From Camelus dromedarius (lineage: Eukaryota), in assembly GCF_036321535.1 (NCBI RefSeq), contig NC_087436.1, positions 46,874,001-46,938,000 of the forward strand: a stretch of 64,000 nt of DNA, in the 5' to 3' direction. The notes under the pieces were generated by a model. It was not told the origin of the DNA and did not search any database. It saw only the letters and a list, made by a program, of their open reading frames with translations. This document shows positions 38,720-50,170 of the stretch, one piece after another. The translations under genes were made by a program, and so were the position numbers. Positions within the stretch are counted from its first letter, which is position 1, and each line of letters starts with the position of its first letter.

Positions 38720-41700
38720 CTACACAACAGGGCACTGTGTCCTCTGGCCAGAAGGACCATGTTAGGGAACCAGGGTCTCTACCTGAACAGCCCAGGGTTG
38801 AGAAGCACAAAAGGAAGCACAGAAGGCCCAGTGTGTAACTGGGAGTGCTGGTAAGCAGGACCACTCCTACTCCCACCCACTGGTTCCTAGATTCGTGTGT
38901 TCTACCTATGCAGACACTCATCATTTAAGTTTTTTGATTTAAAGTTGAGCGCTGCATTCTCAAGTATGGCCCTCATCCTTGCAAGCACCTCCAAGCTGAT
39001 GCGTTAGCTATGAGTTCAACTCATTCCATCCCTCTGCCAGGCTGGTGACTTCTGGGTGGTGCAATATGTCATATGACTGTGGATCCCATGGGTCTGTAAA
39101 GTGCGTTGCTGGGGGTCTGATGTGATGCTATTTGGGATCCTGTAGAGGCGGATCAAACACATTGTAAGCTTTCAGGATAGGCTACAGGCTGAGGTCCTGA
39201 GGGCAAATCCATATTCCAAACACAAGTCTCTTCCAGTCAAGATGAACACTACCAAGGTAGAAGGAGCAAACTTGCTAGAAGTAGCTGGCGCTGGTAACCG
39301 GGGTTCAGAATTGGACTGTTACAGACAGCATGGACATTCAGCAACAGAAGCTGTATTGCCTTTGGTTGGTGAGACTGTGTTGGGATCCCTAACCCTAACC
39401 CAGGTCCACAGCAAAACACTTCATAAATTTCACTTTAGTTCAATAGACATTTCAGTTCTCCCTAACATCTCTCTAAGGCTGCCTTCTTGGTCAGAGCCTT
39501 ATTCTTTTTTTAAAAATGTATTTACTTAATTTTTTTAATTCCCATTTTTATATTGAAGTGTAGTCGATTTATAATGTTAGTTTTAGGTGTACAGCAAAGT
39601 GATTCACTTATACATCTACATATATTTTTTTCTTTTCAGATTCTCTGCCATTACAGCTCATTACAAAAAACTGAATATAGTTCCCTGTACTTACATTAAG
39701 TGCTTTGTTGTTTATCTATTTTATATACAGTAATGTGTATCTATTAATCCACAGAGACTTATTCTTGCCTACTCCTCATTTCCAGTCTTAGCCTCCATCC
39801 CTGCCTCCCTGGCTACCATGTTCGTATACTCACTGTGCCAGTACCAGGGTGATGACAGACGCTGGCTGCCATCAATTGGTCCAGTTCTGCCTACTTGGTT
39901 GCTCAGTTCCTCTTCCGTGGTCGGTGGGCATTCAACATACAATGTGAAAGTCGTCCTACTGCAAGCTCATTCTCTTGTGGATCTGCGTGTCTCTAAGCCT
40001 TGTCTCCTATCTTATCCTTCCCCTTCTAGGTTCCTAACTGGCTGGCTAAGCCATTGGCCACTGTCTCTGAGCCTGTATATTCTAACCTCAGGCCACTCTC
40101 CTTCCACCCAACGTGGGTGACCAGGGGCACCTCCCTAATCTCTGCCACTGGGGGAACAGTCTGCTATCCCTGAGTGGGGAGTAGTGCAGCTGCTGTCCCT
40201 TTTCCATTCGCACACACAGAAAAGGCTGACACATCCATGAGCCAAAGAGGGCTTTTTCTTCCTTGGTCAGGTGGTCACAAAGGGTCCCCCTTGAGGGCCA
40301 TACATGTGAGCTGAGGGAGCAGAACAGCAGTAGACGACCTGGGGCCCGGCCCACCTGTGCAGCTTGCTCATTCTCTCCAGTCTCACTCAGGCTTGATCCT
40401 GGATGTGTCAAGTGCATCATATGATGATGTGTGCTGGGCCCATCGGACTGTATGACTTGGTGGCTGACAGGACCCAGCTCAGATTAGCTGTGCTGGTGGC
40501 CTGGTCACTCAGTGTCCTGTAGTCAAGCAGTCCATCTCTACTGGGGCACAAAGCTGGGAACTGTTTTTAAAAGATGTATAATTCTCCACTGCAGATGGCA
40601 TTCTCCACTCCTGCTCCAGATTCCCAGGGCCAGTGTTGTGATTCTCCCCCCGGGGCCTGTCATAAATCCATGTGGTGTCCTTTCGCACCCTGACATCTCT
40701 AAAACCACAGCGTCTGCTGGGCTGCGGGGCCTCAGTGACAGGGCTGCGTGCACCGCAGCCTGGAACCGCTCCAGAACTCTCTGAATTTCTACTCAGAGCC
40801 AGTATCCTTTGGTGTCATTTGGTATATGGATCAGAGCAGTGTTCACAGGTATGGAATATGCTACCTCCAGAACCCAAAGAGGCTTGTGAGGTGCTAAGCT
40901 TTCTTCTTTGTCCTGGGAGACACAAGATACAATAAATTTTCCTTTATTTTGGAGGAGGTCTGTCCAGACCACTGGATTCTCAGACACATCACTAATGTGG
41001 ATGCCTCTGAATCTTTGTAAGGTTTATCCCTCACCCTCTGGTGGGCATGTGTCTCACCAAAAGACCAGCCACTTCTGGCTCCTTTATCTGATTATCATGA
41101 TGTCATCATTCTAGTGGTCCGGTGGGATGCTCTGCAGAATGTCCAGCCATTTAAGACTCTTTGGACTATACTACAATAGAGAACAGGAGTTAATACAGCC
41201 CCAGGCCAAGATTGTTGATGTAAACTGTGGTCCATTCGAAGTGGATCTGAACTGTTTTTGATCAACTTTCCTTAGATGGAAAAAACATATGGGCTCGATC
41301 AGTGGCCACATATCATGCACTGAGGCCTTGTTAATCTGCTGGAGCCAAGATACAACACTGGGCACAGCTGTGACTGTGGCTACTTCACAGTCAAGCCTGC
41401 AGTGGTCCCCTGTTATCCTCCAACATCCGGCTGGGTTTTTCAGGGGCCAGACTGATGAAATAATAAAGAGATAATGGGGCCCACCAACTCAGCATCCTTT
41501 AGTCTTTAATTACTAAATACTGGCTGGGATGTGATTTTCGTTTTAATGTATTATTTTGGCTGGGAGTAGGGGGTGGTTGCATGGCTCAGAGCTTCCACTT
41601 GGCCTTCCCACTATGATAGATCATATTCCAAAGGCAAAGGAACCAATACGGGGATTGGGCCAAATTCAAAGTGTATCTTCTCTCGTTAGACATTTGGGGA

Positions 41701-42435
41701 CAGGGTAATGACCCAGTGGACCCATGATAAGCCAAAGCTGGGCCAGGATTCTGTTTATTACTTGGCCTCCATTTGCCTTCACGATGATGTTTCAGGGCTC
41801 TGGGTATCAGCGTTCACTTCAGCACTGCAGGAGAACGGCCTCTGAAGTATTGTCAATCAGGGAAGCAGTGCTCACCTTAAAGGGTGAAGAGAACACTACT
41901 TCTGTTGGTTCACAGAGTTCAGAGGAATCTGAGATCCAAGATCTGGGGGTTCAACAACCCAGAGGTCTCCATTCCATGTGCCAGGGACCACTCTTTCCTA
42001 GCCTACCTGCCTCAGTTGAGAATTAATCTTTCTTCAGAGCTCTGTGAATTTTATGATTAAGTCCTACTCTTGGTCCTTAGCTTTCTGTAGCCTCTGGCTT
42101 CAGAAGACTAGAGTACTTCGTCAGCAACCAAGGAAGCCCTCTGACTTCCACTCTCAGCATTTAGCTGTCAAATAATCATTCTCAGCCTTTTATTGGCTTT
42201 TCCCAAAGTCCCAGTTGAGCTCAGCAGTAGCTACCCAATTCTGCTGGTCTTGTGTTATTTCTCCCATATTTATTAACACCTGACACATCTCACTAGCTGT
42301 TGCATTTTCTTCCACCAGTTTCCCATCCCAGTCTCCCATCAGGGAGAGCTTTAACAGCGCTCTGCCTCCTTGGGCCGGGTGTTGTCTATGCTCCACCCAC
42401 CAGCGCTGATGGGGTCCTCACTGCCAGCTGGTGAG
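38720..42435 (-). mobile_element. Degenerate ERV-L internal region (HERV16-like): gag, pol (RT/RNase H) and integrase remnants
   Basis: Minus-strand remnants: 'PSVVSWLQQINK...DQKQF...FTSTILAWGCINS' (41171-41365, ERV-L RT); H*NDDIMII at ~41090-41116 (YIDD motif destroyed); 'AALSLRPRSPADAVVLEMS' (~40700-40750); GIP..I.SD..THFT-like integrase (~39100-39140); 'RTHESRNQWVGVGVVLLT' (~38850-38905); gag GKEW..TWNGD-like (~41960-41998). Many stops and frameshifts. Confidence 0.9.
39507..39751 (-). mobile_element. Cetartiodactyl L1 3' end inserted into the ERV-L, 15-bp TSD
   Basis: T-rich tail then 'tattgaagtgtagtcgatttataatgttag...aatatagttccctgt'; TSD CAGAGCCTTATTCTT (39492-39506) vs CAGAGACTTATTCTT (39752-39766). 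Confidence 0.9.
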
Positions 42436-42871
42436 GAGACCAGGTCCCCCAGAAAGGGAACGCTGAGACAAAAACTAACACATGAGTGGTTGATAAGGGC
42501 GTACTCTTGGGTTTGGGTCTCTGGAAGGGAGGTAATGGGTTGGGCAGTACTAAAGAGAGAAATGGGGCTGTGATGCAGTCCCAATTGAAGGGCTCAACCT
42601 ATTCCACAGGGAGTTCTGAAGCTGAAATAGCCCTTCAGAATTGCCCAGAGTCAGGGCATGGGAGCCTGACCTTTATAGTCCTGCATCTTCCAGTTGCTGG
42701 AAGCCAGCAGCAGATGGAAAAGGGTAGGCACTTGGGCAAGGGAAACCCCCTCCTCCAAGAGTTCTAAAGAGAGCTGAGGGCAAAATGCTGTCTGCCAGCA
42801 GCCAAAAGCTGGGTAAATAAGTCCTCTCGTCCTGAAGGAGCTCTGGGTGGTACAATACAGCACCTCCCACA
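42436..42871 (-). mobile_element. 5' LTR of the ERV-L, LTR16-family (LTR16B/C-like)
   Basis: Minus strand: TGTGGGAGGTGCTGTATTGTACCACCCAGAGCTCCTTCAGGAC...CTATAAAGG...GGGCAATTCTGAAGGGCTATTTCAGCTTCAGAACTCCCTGTGG...TCTCAGCGTTCCCTTTCTGGGGGACC; TATA box at 42672-42677. Confidence 0.85.
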
Positions 42872-44203
42872 ATTATTCTGGATGAACCAGAAAGATGTTC
42901 AACATAGATCAATAAATGGAAAAAAAAAAAAAAGGTTGTAAAAGGATATTTCTACACGATCCCCTCTGCAAGAAATAAGGTATTAACGATGGTCCTACCT
43001 TGGTGGTGATGGATTTTGATTTGTTTTTCCTCTTGATTATCTATGTTTCCTAGTATTCCTTTGATTACTTTAAAATGGGATGTTACTTTTATCTTTAAAA
43101 ATTTCTGAAGATAAAATCAAACACTATGTAAGAAATTAGAAATAAAGTAGTTTAAACTCTTATTTTAAGCTATTTATTTAAAAAGATTTAACTGGTGACC
43201 TTTTTTATTTAAGGAGGTAAAAGTATAAAAGTGAGCTAAGGAACATATATTAGATTTTATAATTAATAGAAATAGTCACACTGACTAGTTATGTTAAAAT
43301 TAGAAGTTATATTGCTACCATATTGTGGCTTTCATCGGGACATTCAAAAACTCTTAATGAGAAATTACTGTAAGTCCTATTTAGCTGATGGACAAAATAA
43401 AAATAGAGAAGTAAAGATATCCAGCCAAAGCTACACAAATTACTGGCAGAAAAGACACCCTCGGCTTCTGATTTAGAATCCTATTTTCTAATTATTCAGC
43501 TATCCTTTCTCCAAGTAAAGTTTAGGTCAAGGACATTCAATACCCAACTTGCCTGTTCTAAAATGGCCCTCTTAATCACCAGTGCTCATTAACTTTATGT
43601 GTCATTATTGGAGCAGGAGGTGGGGAGGGAAGTAGGAGATGTAAAGGAAACAGGAAGTAATAAATTCATTTCTAACCAAGGTCAGCTGTTCCCCAGAGCA
43701 CAAAGCAATGGATAGTGGATTGCTCCAGGGGCTTATATTGGCAAAAAAAGTTATTTTGACAAAATTCTTAGGAAGTGGACAGAAAATTCTGTCAAAGATA
43801 CAAAATATTCACCAGCTAAAAATATGGTGAAAAAAGACTGAGTTTAAACGTTTCTCTACAAGTTCTTTCTTCTGCATGTCTATACTTTACTGAATGAGTT
43901 GAAGCTAATGCAACCTATAGGTAAATAAGATAAGATGGTCTTAATAAAAGGAATCAGAAAGAGAGAACAGAGACAGAGATGGAGAGAGATCTCCAAGCAT
44001 TCTTTCAGTTTGCCAGGCAGTTGGGACAAGTCTTTCAATTGTTATAGCCTTCTTAATGCGGCCTTCAATCTTTTGGAGAGTCACATATGACTAAAGTCAT
44101 CAGTAAATTGGGAATTCATCATTCATTAGTTGAAAAGTAAATAAAACAAACCTGTTTGACACAAGCCAATAATAGTTTGGCATATGAGATACTCAAAGCT
44201 TAA

Positions 44204-44361
44204 GGGGAGGGTATAGCTCAAACAGTAGAGTGCATGCCTAGCATGCCCAAAGTCCTGGGTTCAATTCCCAGTACCTCCATCAAAAAACTAGCTGAACAAA
44301 TAAATATAACTACCTACCCCCTGACAAAAAAAAAAAAAAAAAAGAAAATTAGAAAAAAAAA
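44204..44361 (+). mobile_element. Camelid tRNA-Ala-derived SINE (Vic-1 type)
   Basis: GGGGAGGGTATAGCTCA...GTAGAGTGCATGCCTAGCATGC...GTCCTGGGTTCAATTCCCAGTACCTCCA, then an A-rich linker and poly(A). Confidence 0.9.
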
Positions 44362-44469
44362 TTTTTTTTAAACTAAGATTTTTCGGTGCAGTCAGATGCT
44401 ACAAACTTGTTTCACAGATTTTGTTGACAAAGACAGAAAACACTTTCAAAAACTAAAGTTGACAAGAAT

Positions 44470-45185
44470 CAACACAAAACACCTTAAACAAGTGATCAAG
44501 CTTAACACCAAACTGCCATTAAGAGCCTCCTGATGTGATGCAAAGGAAGACATTGTCACCTGTGTCATATTCTTACCAAAAAGTTTCACCTGGGTCTATT
44601 AGTGTGCCAAGTCCAAAATGTTGGCCTAGACTCTCACAATGTCATTGCCATGAGAGGAAAAAAAATTCAAAGGTGGGGATGGGGAACTGTTCTAGATGAA
44701 AGTTAACTGAAGAGATATGACCACTAAATGTAATGAATGATATTTGAGAGGATCCTAGATTTTTAAAAAAAGTTATAAAGAGTAGTTTTAATTGGGTAAA
44801 CTTTAAGATGGACTATATATTAGATAGTATTATTATAGCAATATTTTATTACTTTTCTGTGATAATGGTATTCTGGTAACATAGGAGAATGTCTTTGTTC
44901 TTAGGGGATATGTGTTCATGTATTTAGGGGTGAGAGGTCATAATACCTGCAACTTACTTTAAAGTGGTCTGGAAATAAATGTTCATACATAAAAGAGAAA
45001 TGTTTATATACATCTGTCTGTATATACATTCATAGAATATATGCATATATAGAAGTGTGTGTGTGTGTATTATATACAGAGAGAGTATGACAACTGTGAA
45101 CAGTTGGTGAGTTCAGGGAAAGTACTCCTTCTTTCAAGTTTTCTATAGGTTCAACTTTTTTTTTTTCCAAAAAGATTTTAAAGAT
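44470..45185 (+). mobile_element. Ancient L1MC/ME 3' UTR
   Basis: 'caccttaaacaagtgatcaagcttaacacc...cctcctgatgtgatgc...ggaactgttctagat...gagatatgaccactaaatgtaatg...taggagaatgtctttgttcttagg...gtatttaggggtga'. Confidence 0.8.
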
Positions 45186-45539
45186 AGTGTGAAAATGGAG
45201 GTGCTTATTCATCCGTGGACAAGATCTATCCACCAGAGGAGGTGCAAATGGTTTTTCTACGCTGGGCACTTGGCACCACGTTCTCCCACTTTATGTCCTT
45301 GAGTCACAGGCAGAAGGGAAAGAGAGAAAGAAAGAAAAATCCTCAGGTGGGAGCCCTTTTCAAAGAATTAATATTCAAAACATTAAGTCAGTCTTCTAAT
45401 TTTCACTCCTTGGTCAAAGGAGATAAATTTTAAAACAACTTTTTAATCTATATCAAATTCTACCTATCAGATACACTCTGTTATAATTTCTTTTTATTTT
45501 AAAGATATTAACAAAGTTTGAGCTTCAGTTGCTTTTTCC

Positions 45540-47400
45540 AGGGACTATGCAGGGATATTTTAGAGATCTTAGTTTATAATCAAAAGCAATTTATAATCTG
45601 GCTATAGAGATTTAAGCTTTGAACCATGAAATAAATATCCAAGACTGGTACTATACTTAAATGCATTTTCTAATTTATGATGCCAGAGAAAAATAATTGG
45701 CTTAGGCTGAACATAGGAACCTAACATTTTGTTAATTCAAAAACAGTTAAGTAGAGGCAGTTTTGTATGGTTCACATATATCTTTCTATTTACCATATAG
45801 ACCCAATTATAATATGAAATATTTTTATTTGTTCAAAAAAGTATTCTTCTAAAAAGCAAGAGTTTACTCAAATCATTGAAAATTCTCTCAATTATAGGGG
45901 CATCTTTAATTATTTTGAACAACAGAATATTTTGAGGGAAAAACGTATTTGCCTGAACTGACCTCCAACCAATGCCTACTTTGGGTGTTTTTTGTGCTTA
46001 CCTGGCAGAATCAGTTTTTTTTTTTAATAAAAAAATTATTAATACAGATCTAGTAATTATTCCAAAGAAGTTGATCTCACAATCATAAATGTGCAATTTT
46101 ATTTTGTTTCATTTCATTTAATTTTCATTTATTTAATTGTGGTGAAATATTCATAACATAAAATTTACCATCATAACCATTATAAGTGCACAGTTCAGTG
46201 GCATAAAGCACATTCACATTGCTGTGCAATCATCACTACCATCTGTCTCCAGAACAATTTTCATCTTGTAAAATGGAAACCCTGTAACCATTTAAATCAT
46301 AACTTCTCATTCCCCCTTTCCCCAAGCCCCTGGCAACCACCATTCTTTCTATCTCTATGAATTTCATTATTCTAAGTACCTCATATAGGTGGAATCACAC
46401 AGTATTTGTCCTTTTGTGACTGGTCTATTTCACTTAGCATAATGCCCTCAAGGTTCATTCATTATAGTATGTGTCAGAACTTCCTTCCATTTTAAGACAC
46501 AATAATATTCCATTGTATGTATATACCACATTTTGTTTATCCATGTATCCATCAGTGGACATCTGGATTGCTTCCACCTTTTGGCTGTTGTGAATAATGC
46601 TGCTGTGAACATGGATGTACGAATTTCTCTTTGTGTTTCTGCTTTCAAAGGTTTTGTGTATATATATATATACCTAGGAGTAGAACTGCTGAATGATATG
46701 GTAATTTTATTTTTAATTTTTTGAAGAACTGCCAGGCTATTTTCCACATCATCTATACCATTTTGTATTCCCACCAACAGTGCACAAGGGTTCCAATTTC
46801 TCCACATCTTCTCCAACATTTGTTATTTTATGCTTTTTTTTAAATAGTAGCCATCTTAATGAGTGTGAGGTGGTCAATTTTATTTTGAACAAGATTCTTA
46901 AAGCACATTTTAAATGATTGCTTTGTAAGATCACAAATATATATCTTTGAAAAGACTGTGGGAAAAAAACATTATTAAATCAATTGGTACTTATGGCTTA
47001 AAATAAAATTTACAACAACAGCATCAATCCTGAATTTTAAAACTGACCGAAGATGATATGCTTTGAAAACTGTATTTGAGGAATTAAAAGATGACTCTAT
47101 GAAGAAAACAAAACTAAAGTCAAAGTTGCCCACAAAGAACCAGAATAAAGCTGTTTCATGAAATGTGTAAGTGAAAAAAAGCAATATTTCTAAATTAGTA
47201 TTTTATGCATGTAATTTAAAATACGTATGCATCTAAATTAATAAATTATAAGTAGGCAAATTGCCTGTTTTAATTATAACCCCAACGTTTATATATTCAA
47301 ATTGGCCCAAAAAAATGGCTTAAAAGTTTATATATTCAAAACAGCCCAAAATATGAGATCAACTTATATTGGGGGCCACCTTCTACATAAGTGTGTACAG
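45540..47400 (+). mobile_element. Fossil TcMar pogo/Tc2-type DNA transposon with POGK-like DDE transposase remnants
   Basis: Frame from 45969 reads PMPTLGVFCAYLAESV...NTDLVIIPKKLISQS*MCNFIL, then across the L1 NKILKAHFK...QLVLMA*NKI; TEDDML* at 47046 is frameshifted. Tc2-like right end 'atcaacttatattgggggccaccttctacataagtgtgtacag|TA'. Left end not found. Confidence 0.75.
46107..46874 (-). mobile_element. L1MB (L1MB2/3-like) 3' end with perfect 13-bp TSD
   Basis: ORF 46448-46819 matches L1 ORF2 C-terminal/3' UTR motifs (MFTAALFTTAKRWKQ..CP...WINKMWYIHTMEYY); TSD CAATTTTATTTTG at 46094-46106 and 46875-46887. Confidence 0.93.
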
Positions 47401-47869
47401 TATATGATGTTGACTGGTTCTTGAAGCACTTAGGACAGGACTGTCCCTCTCTTTGAAGAAACTGGCGGCCTTAGCACATCCTCCGAGCAGAGATCAGAGA
47501 CAATGTTTGATGAAGGTGAATTTGAAAATGACAACTAAATTTGTGAAGGAAAATAACATGAAGAGGTCCTACGTTAGGCCCCAGGAGTCAGACTACAAGA
47601 GCATTACAAAGTAATTCCATGAGGGGCGCTGACTACACAATATGTAGAGTGGTGGTGGTCTTGTACAGAAATAGGGGCAAGTTTGTGGTAGATCACATCT
47701 CAAGCCTCCAGCACAACCCAGCACAAACGATCAGTTAAACACGTGTGGTTCGTTCTTCTCCGAGAGCTTATTGACCTCTGAAACGAGTGCAGGCAGTGGT
47801 TTCAGTTTGCTGCACTTTAAAACAAAACAAAAACCACACACACAACAATGAAAGAACTAAGAATGTCTA

Positions 47870-48300
47870 TGTTTAGTTCAATAAACTAGTATTGAGTGTG
47901 TATTATATACCCAAGCTTGTGTTAGATGCAAAGAATATAAAACCAAACAGGACACAGTCACAGAGGGATGATGATGAAGATGATGACAGCGACTTCACTG
48001 GGCACTGACTGTGCACCAAGCAGTGCGTGTGAGTCAATCCATATAATCCTCGCAGCAATCCTTACCATGGCCCAAGGCTCCATCCTGACATCACTTCCTA
48101 GCACCGTTCTCACCGGCCTCTCCTCTCCAGTCGAACTGCTCTCGAATTCCGTGACCACATCAAGGGCATTCCATCCTAGGGCCTTAGAACTCCCTGGTCC
48201 GTCTGCCTGGCACACTCTATCCCCAAGACATCTGCAGGGCTCCAACCTTACTTCCTTTGGGCCCCTCCTCAAACGACATCATATCAGAGAAAGCAAAAAG
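47870..48300. mobile_element. L2 (-), MIR (-) and L2 (+) fragments
   Basis: 'gttcaataaactagtattgagtg'; 'cagggcctt'-like 'ctagggccttagaactccctggtccgtctgcctggcacactct...ccttacttcctttgggc'. Confidence 0.55.
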
Positions 48301-49574
48301 AAGCATTTCACCACCTTGGGGAGTGGCTAAATACCTTGGACTCCAAATTAGACCAATATGGGCCCAACCCTTTATCCAGATCCGAAGTCATCCAAAATCA
48401 GGTGTTTCCACTAAATTTTCATTTTTCCCTAAACCATCATTTACCTATCATTTAGCTAAGATCTGGATCAAAATAGATTAATCATCAGATTTGTTATGTC
48501 ATTGCCCGTATTCCTGGCTATCCGAAGGTGTCAGGGACTTGGTGGGGATGAGGAAAGAGAACAGTCCTTTGTCACTGTCACTGAGGATTTCAGTGATACT
48601 AACAGCTGATGGGTGGCAAGCTTATGGAAAATGGATTCTTGGAGAAGCCTTGACATTTTGATGATAAAATTCTTTTTTTAGTTGCTCAAAAAAGTTATGA
48701 TTTCTCTTCTTTTTTCTCTTGTAAGAAAATAAAAAAGAATTAAAAAACAAAAGAACCAAAACATGTCCTGAGTCTCTGTCACAGAGAGAAGTAATGGAAA
48801 GTAACACAATCTTCTGGAAGCAAAGCAAAGAGCACAGAGGACCTGAGTGAATAAGATGTTGGGGTTGGGGATGGGAGTGGGGCGCTGAAAAAAAGTTGGG
48901 TGTCCTGCAGCCAAGAGAGAGTCCTGACTTTCTTTTTCCAAATAAAGAAACGAGTAGCAGTCACTTTGACCTTGTGGAGGCTATTTCAAAGATCACAAGT
49001 AAAAAATTTACAATACAGGAATGTGGAACCATAGAAGAAAATCAAAGAAGAGCACATGACTGCCAGTGGCTTGCAAAAGAAAAGATAAAGGAAGCAAAGA
49101 GACAAAATGAGCTACACTAGAGAGTTAGGAAAAAAATAATGCTTTTACAAGTCTATCAAAGGGAATAAAACCACCAAAGGGAAGTGTATCACTAAATAAA
49201 AGAGGAAGGGATGAGATGAAAACCCAAACTATTAAAATACTTAACAGACCACACTGCAAACTGAAAACCCTTGTGCTCATTAGAAATGCCTAACACAGTA
49301 TATTTTTCTCTAATTATTGAGATCGCAAGGTTGACCATCAGGGAATTGAATTCAGTGTGATTAAGCTTTGTTCATTCACCGTCTGCCTTCACCAAAGGCT
49401 AGTCTGGAGCTGAGCTGGCTTCAGATCAGGGGCATCAGCTGTGTGAGTCTGGAAGGCATAGCCAAAAGGCACCCAGCTTTGCTCCAGTTCCTTCCAGAGG
49501 CTGCCTCCCCCCAGCCCAACTCCCACCTCCACCTTCTCCCCACTTCCCTCAACACACATCCCCAGACAGGATTT

Positions 49575-50170
49575 CACAGCTGTTTTACTGAGTGCCTGCT
49601 AAGAACAGGGCACTGTGCCAGGACTTGAACCTGCAAAAGTGAATGAACAAAACAACTTCAACTTCCCTGCCTAACATGGAATCACATGGAAATAGAGACA
49701 TTCATCAGATGATCATACATAGATTATATTACAAGTCGTGATCGATGCTAAAGGAGAGAACTGTGAGAATGTTTCTGATTGGCCAGGGCCCACACAGTTC
49801 ACTGCAACGTGCAGCGTGTACCACAAGCTCAGTCCAACCTGGTGGGTCAAGGGAAGCTTCCCTGAGGAATTAAGGTCTGTGCTTAGAACTGAAGAGCCAG
49901 CAGTAGGGGCCAGATTTGGGGTTGGGAGTGGGGCTCAGAAAGGGTATTCCAGGCAGAAGAAACAGCCAGTGCAAAGGCTCTGCAGCCAGAGGAATGCAGT
50001 GCAGTTGAGGACTGCAATAAGGCCAGAGTGTGGATAGTAGGAAAGATGTGCTACAACACAGGGCCAGAGAGGTGCACTGAAGCCCAAAGAAGCAGGGGTG
50101 TGTAGGCTATTTTAAGGAATTATATCTACTCCAAGAATGGTCAGCGAGGGCTTTACAGGGTTGGGGAGGG
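49575..50170 (-). mobile_element. L2a fragment carrying a templated insertion at 49770-49825
   Basis: 'tttactgagtgcctgc...ggcactgtgccagg...gtcaagggaagcttccctgagga...tattccaggcagaagaaacagccagtgcaaaggctctg'. Confidence 0.8.

Noticed and set aside
44204..44279. Possible tRNA-Ala gene (also 53764-53836)
   Set aside because: SINE-type 5' leader, degenerate A box and stems, A-rich tail and TSD identify these as SINE copies.
46448..46819. 123-aa ORF, and ORFs at 59947-60553
   Set aside because: Translations of 5'-truncated L1 ends, not genes.
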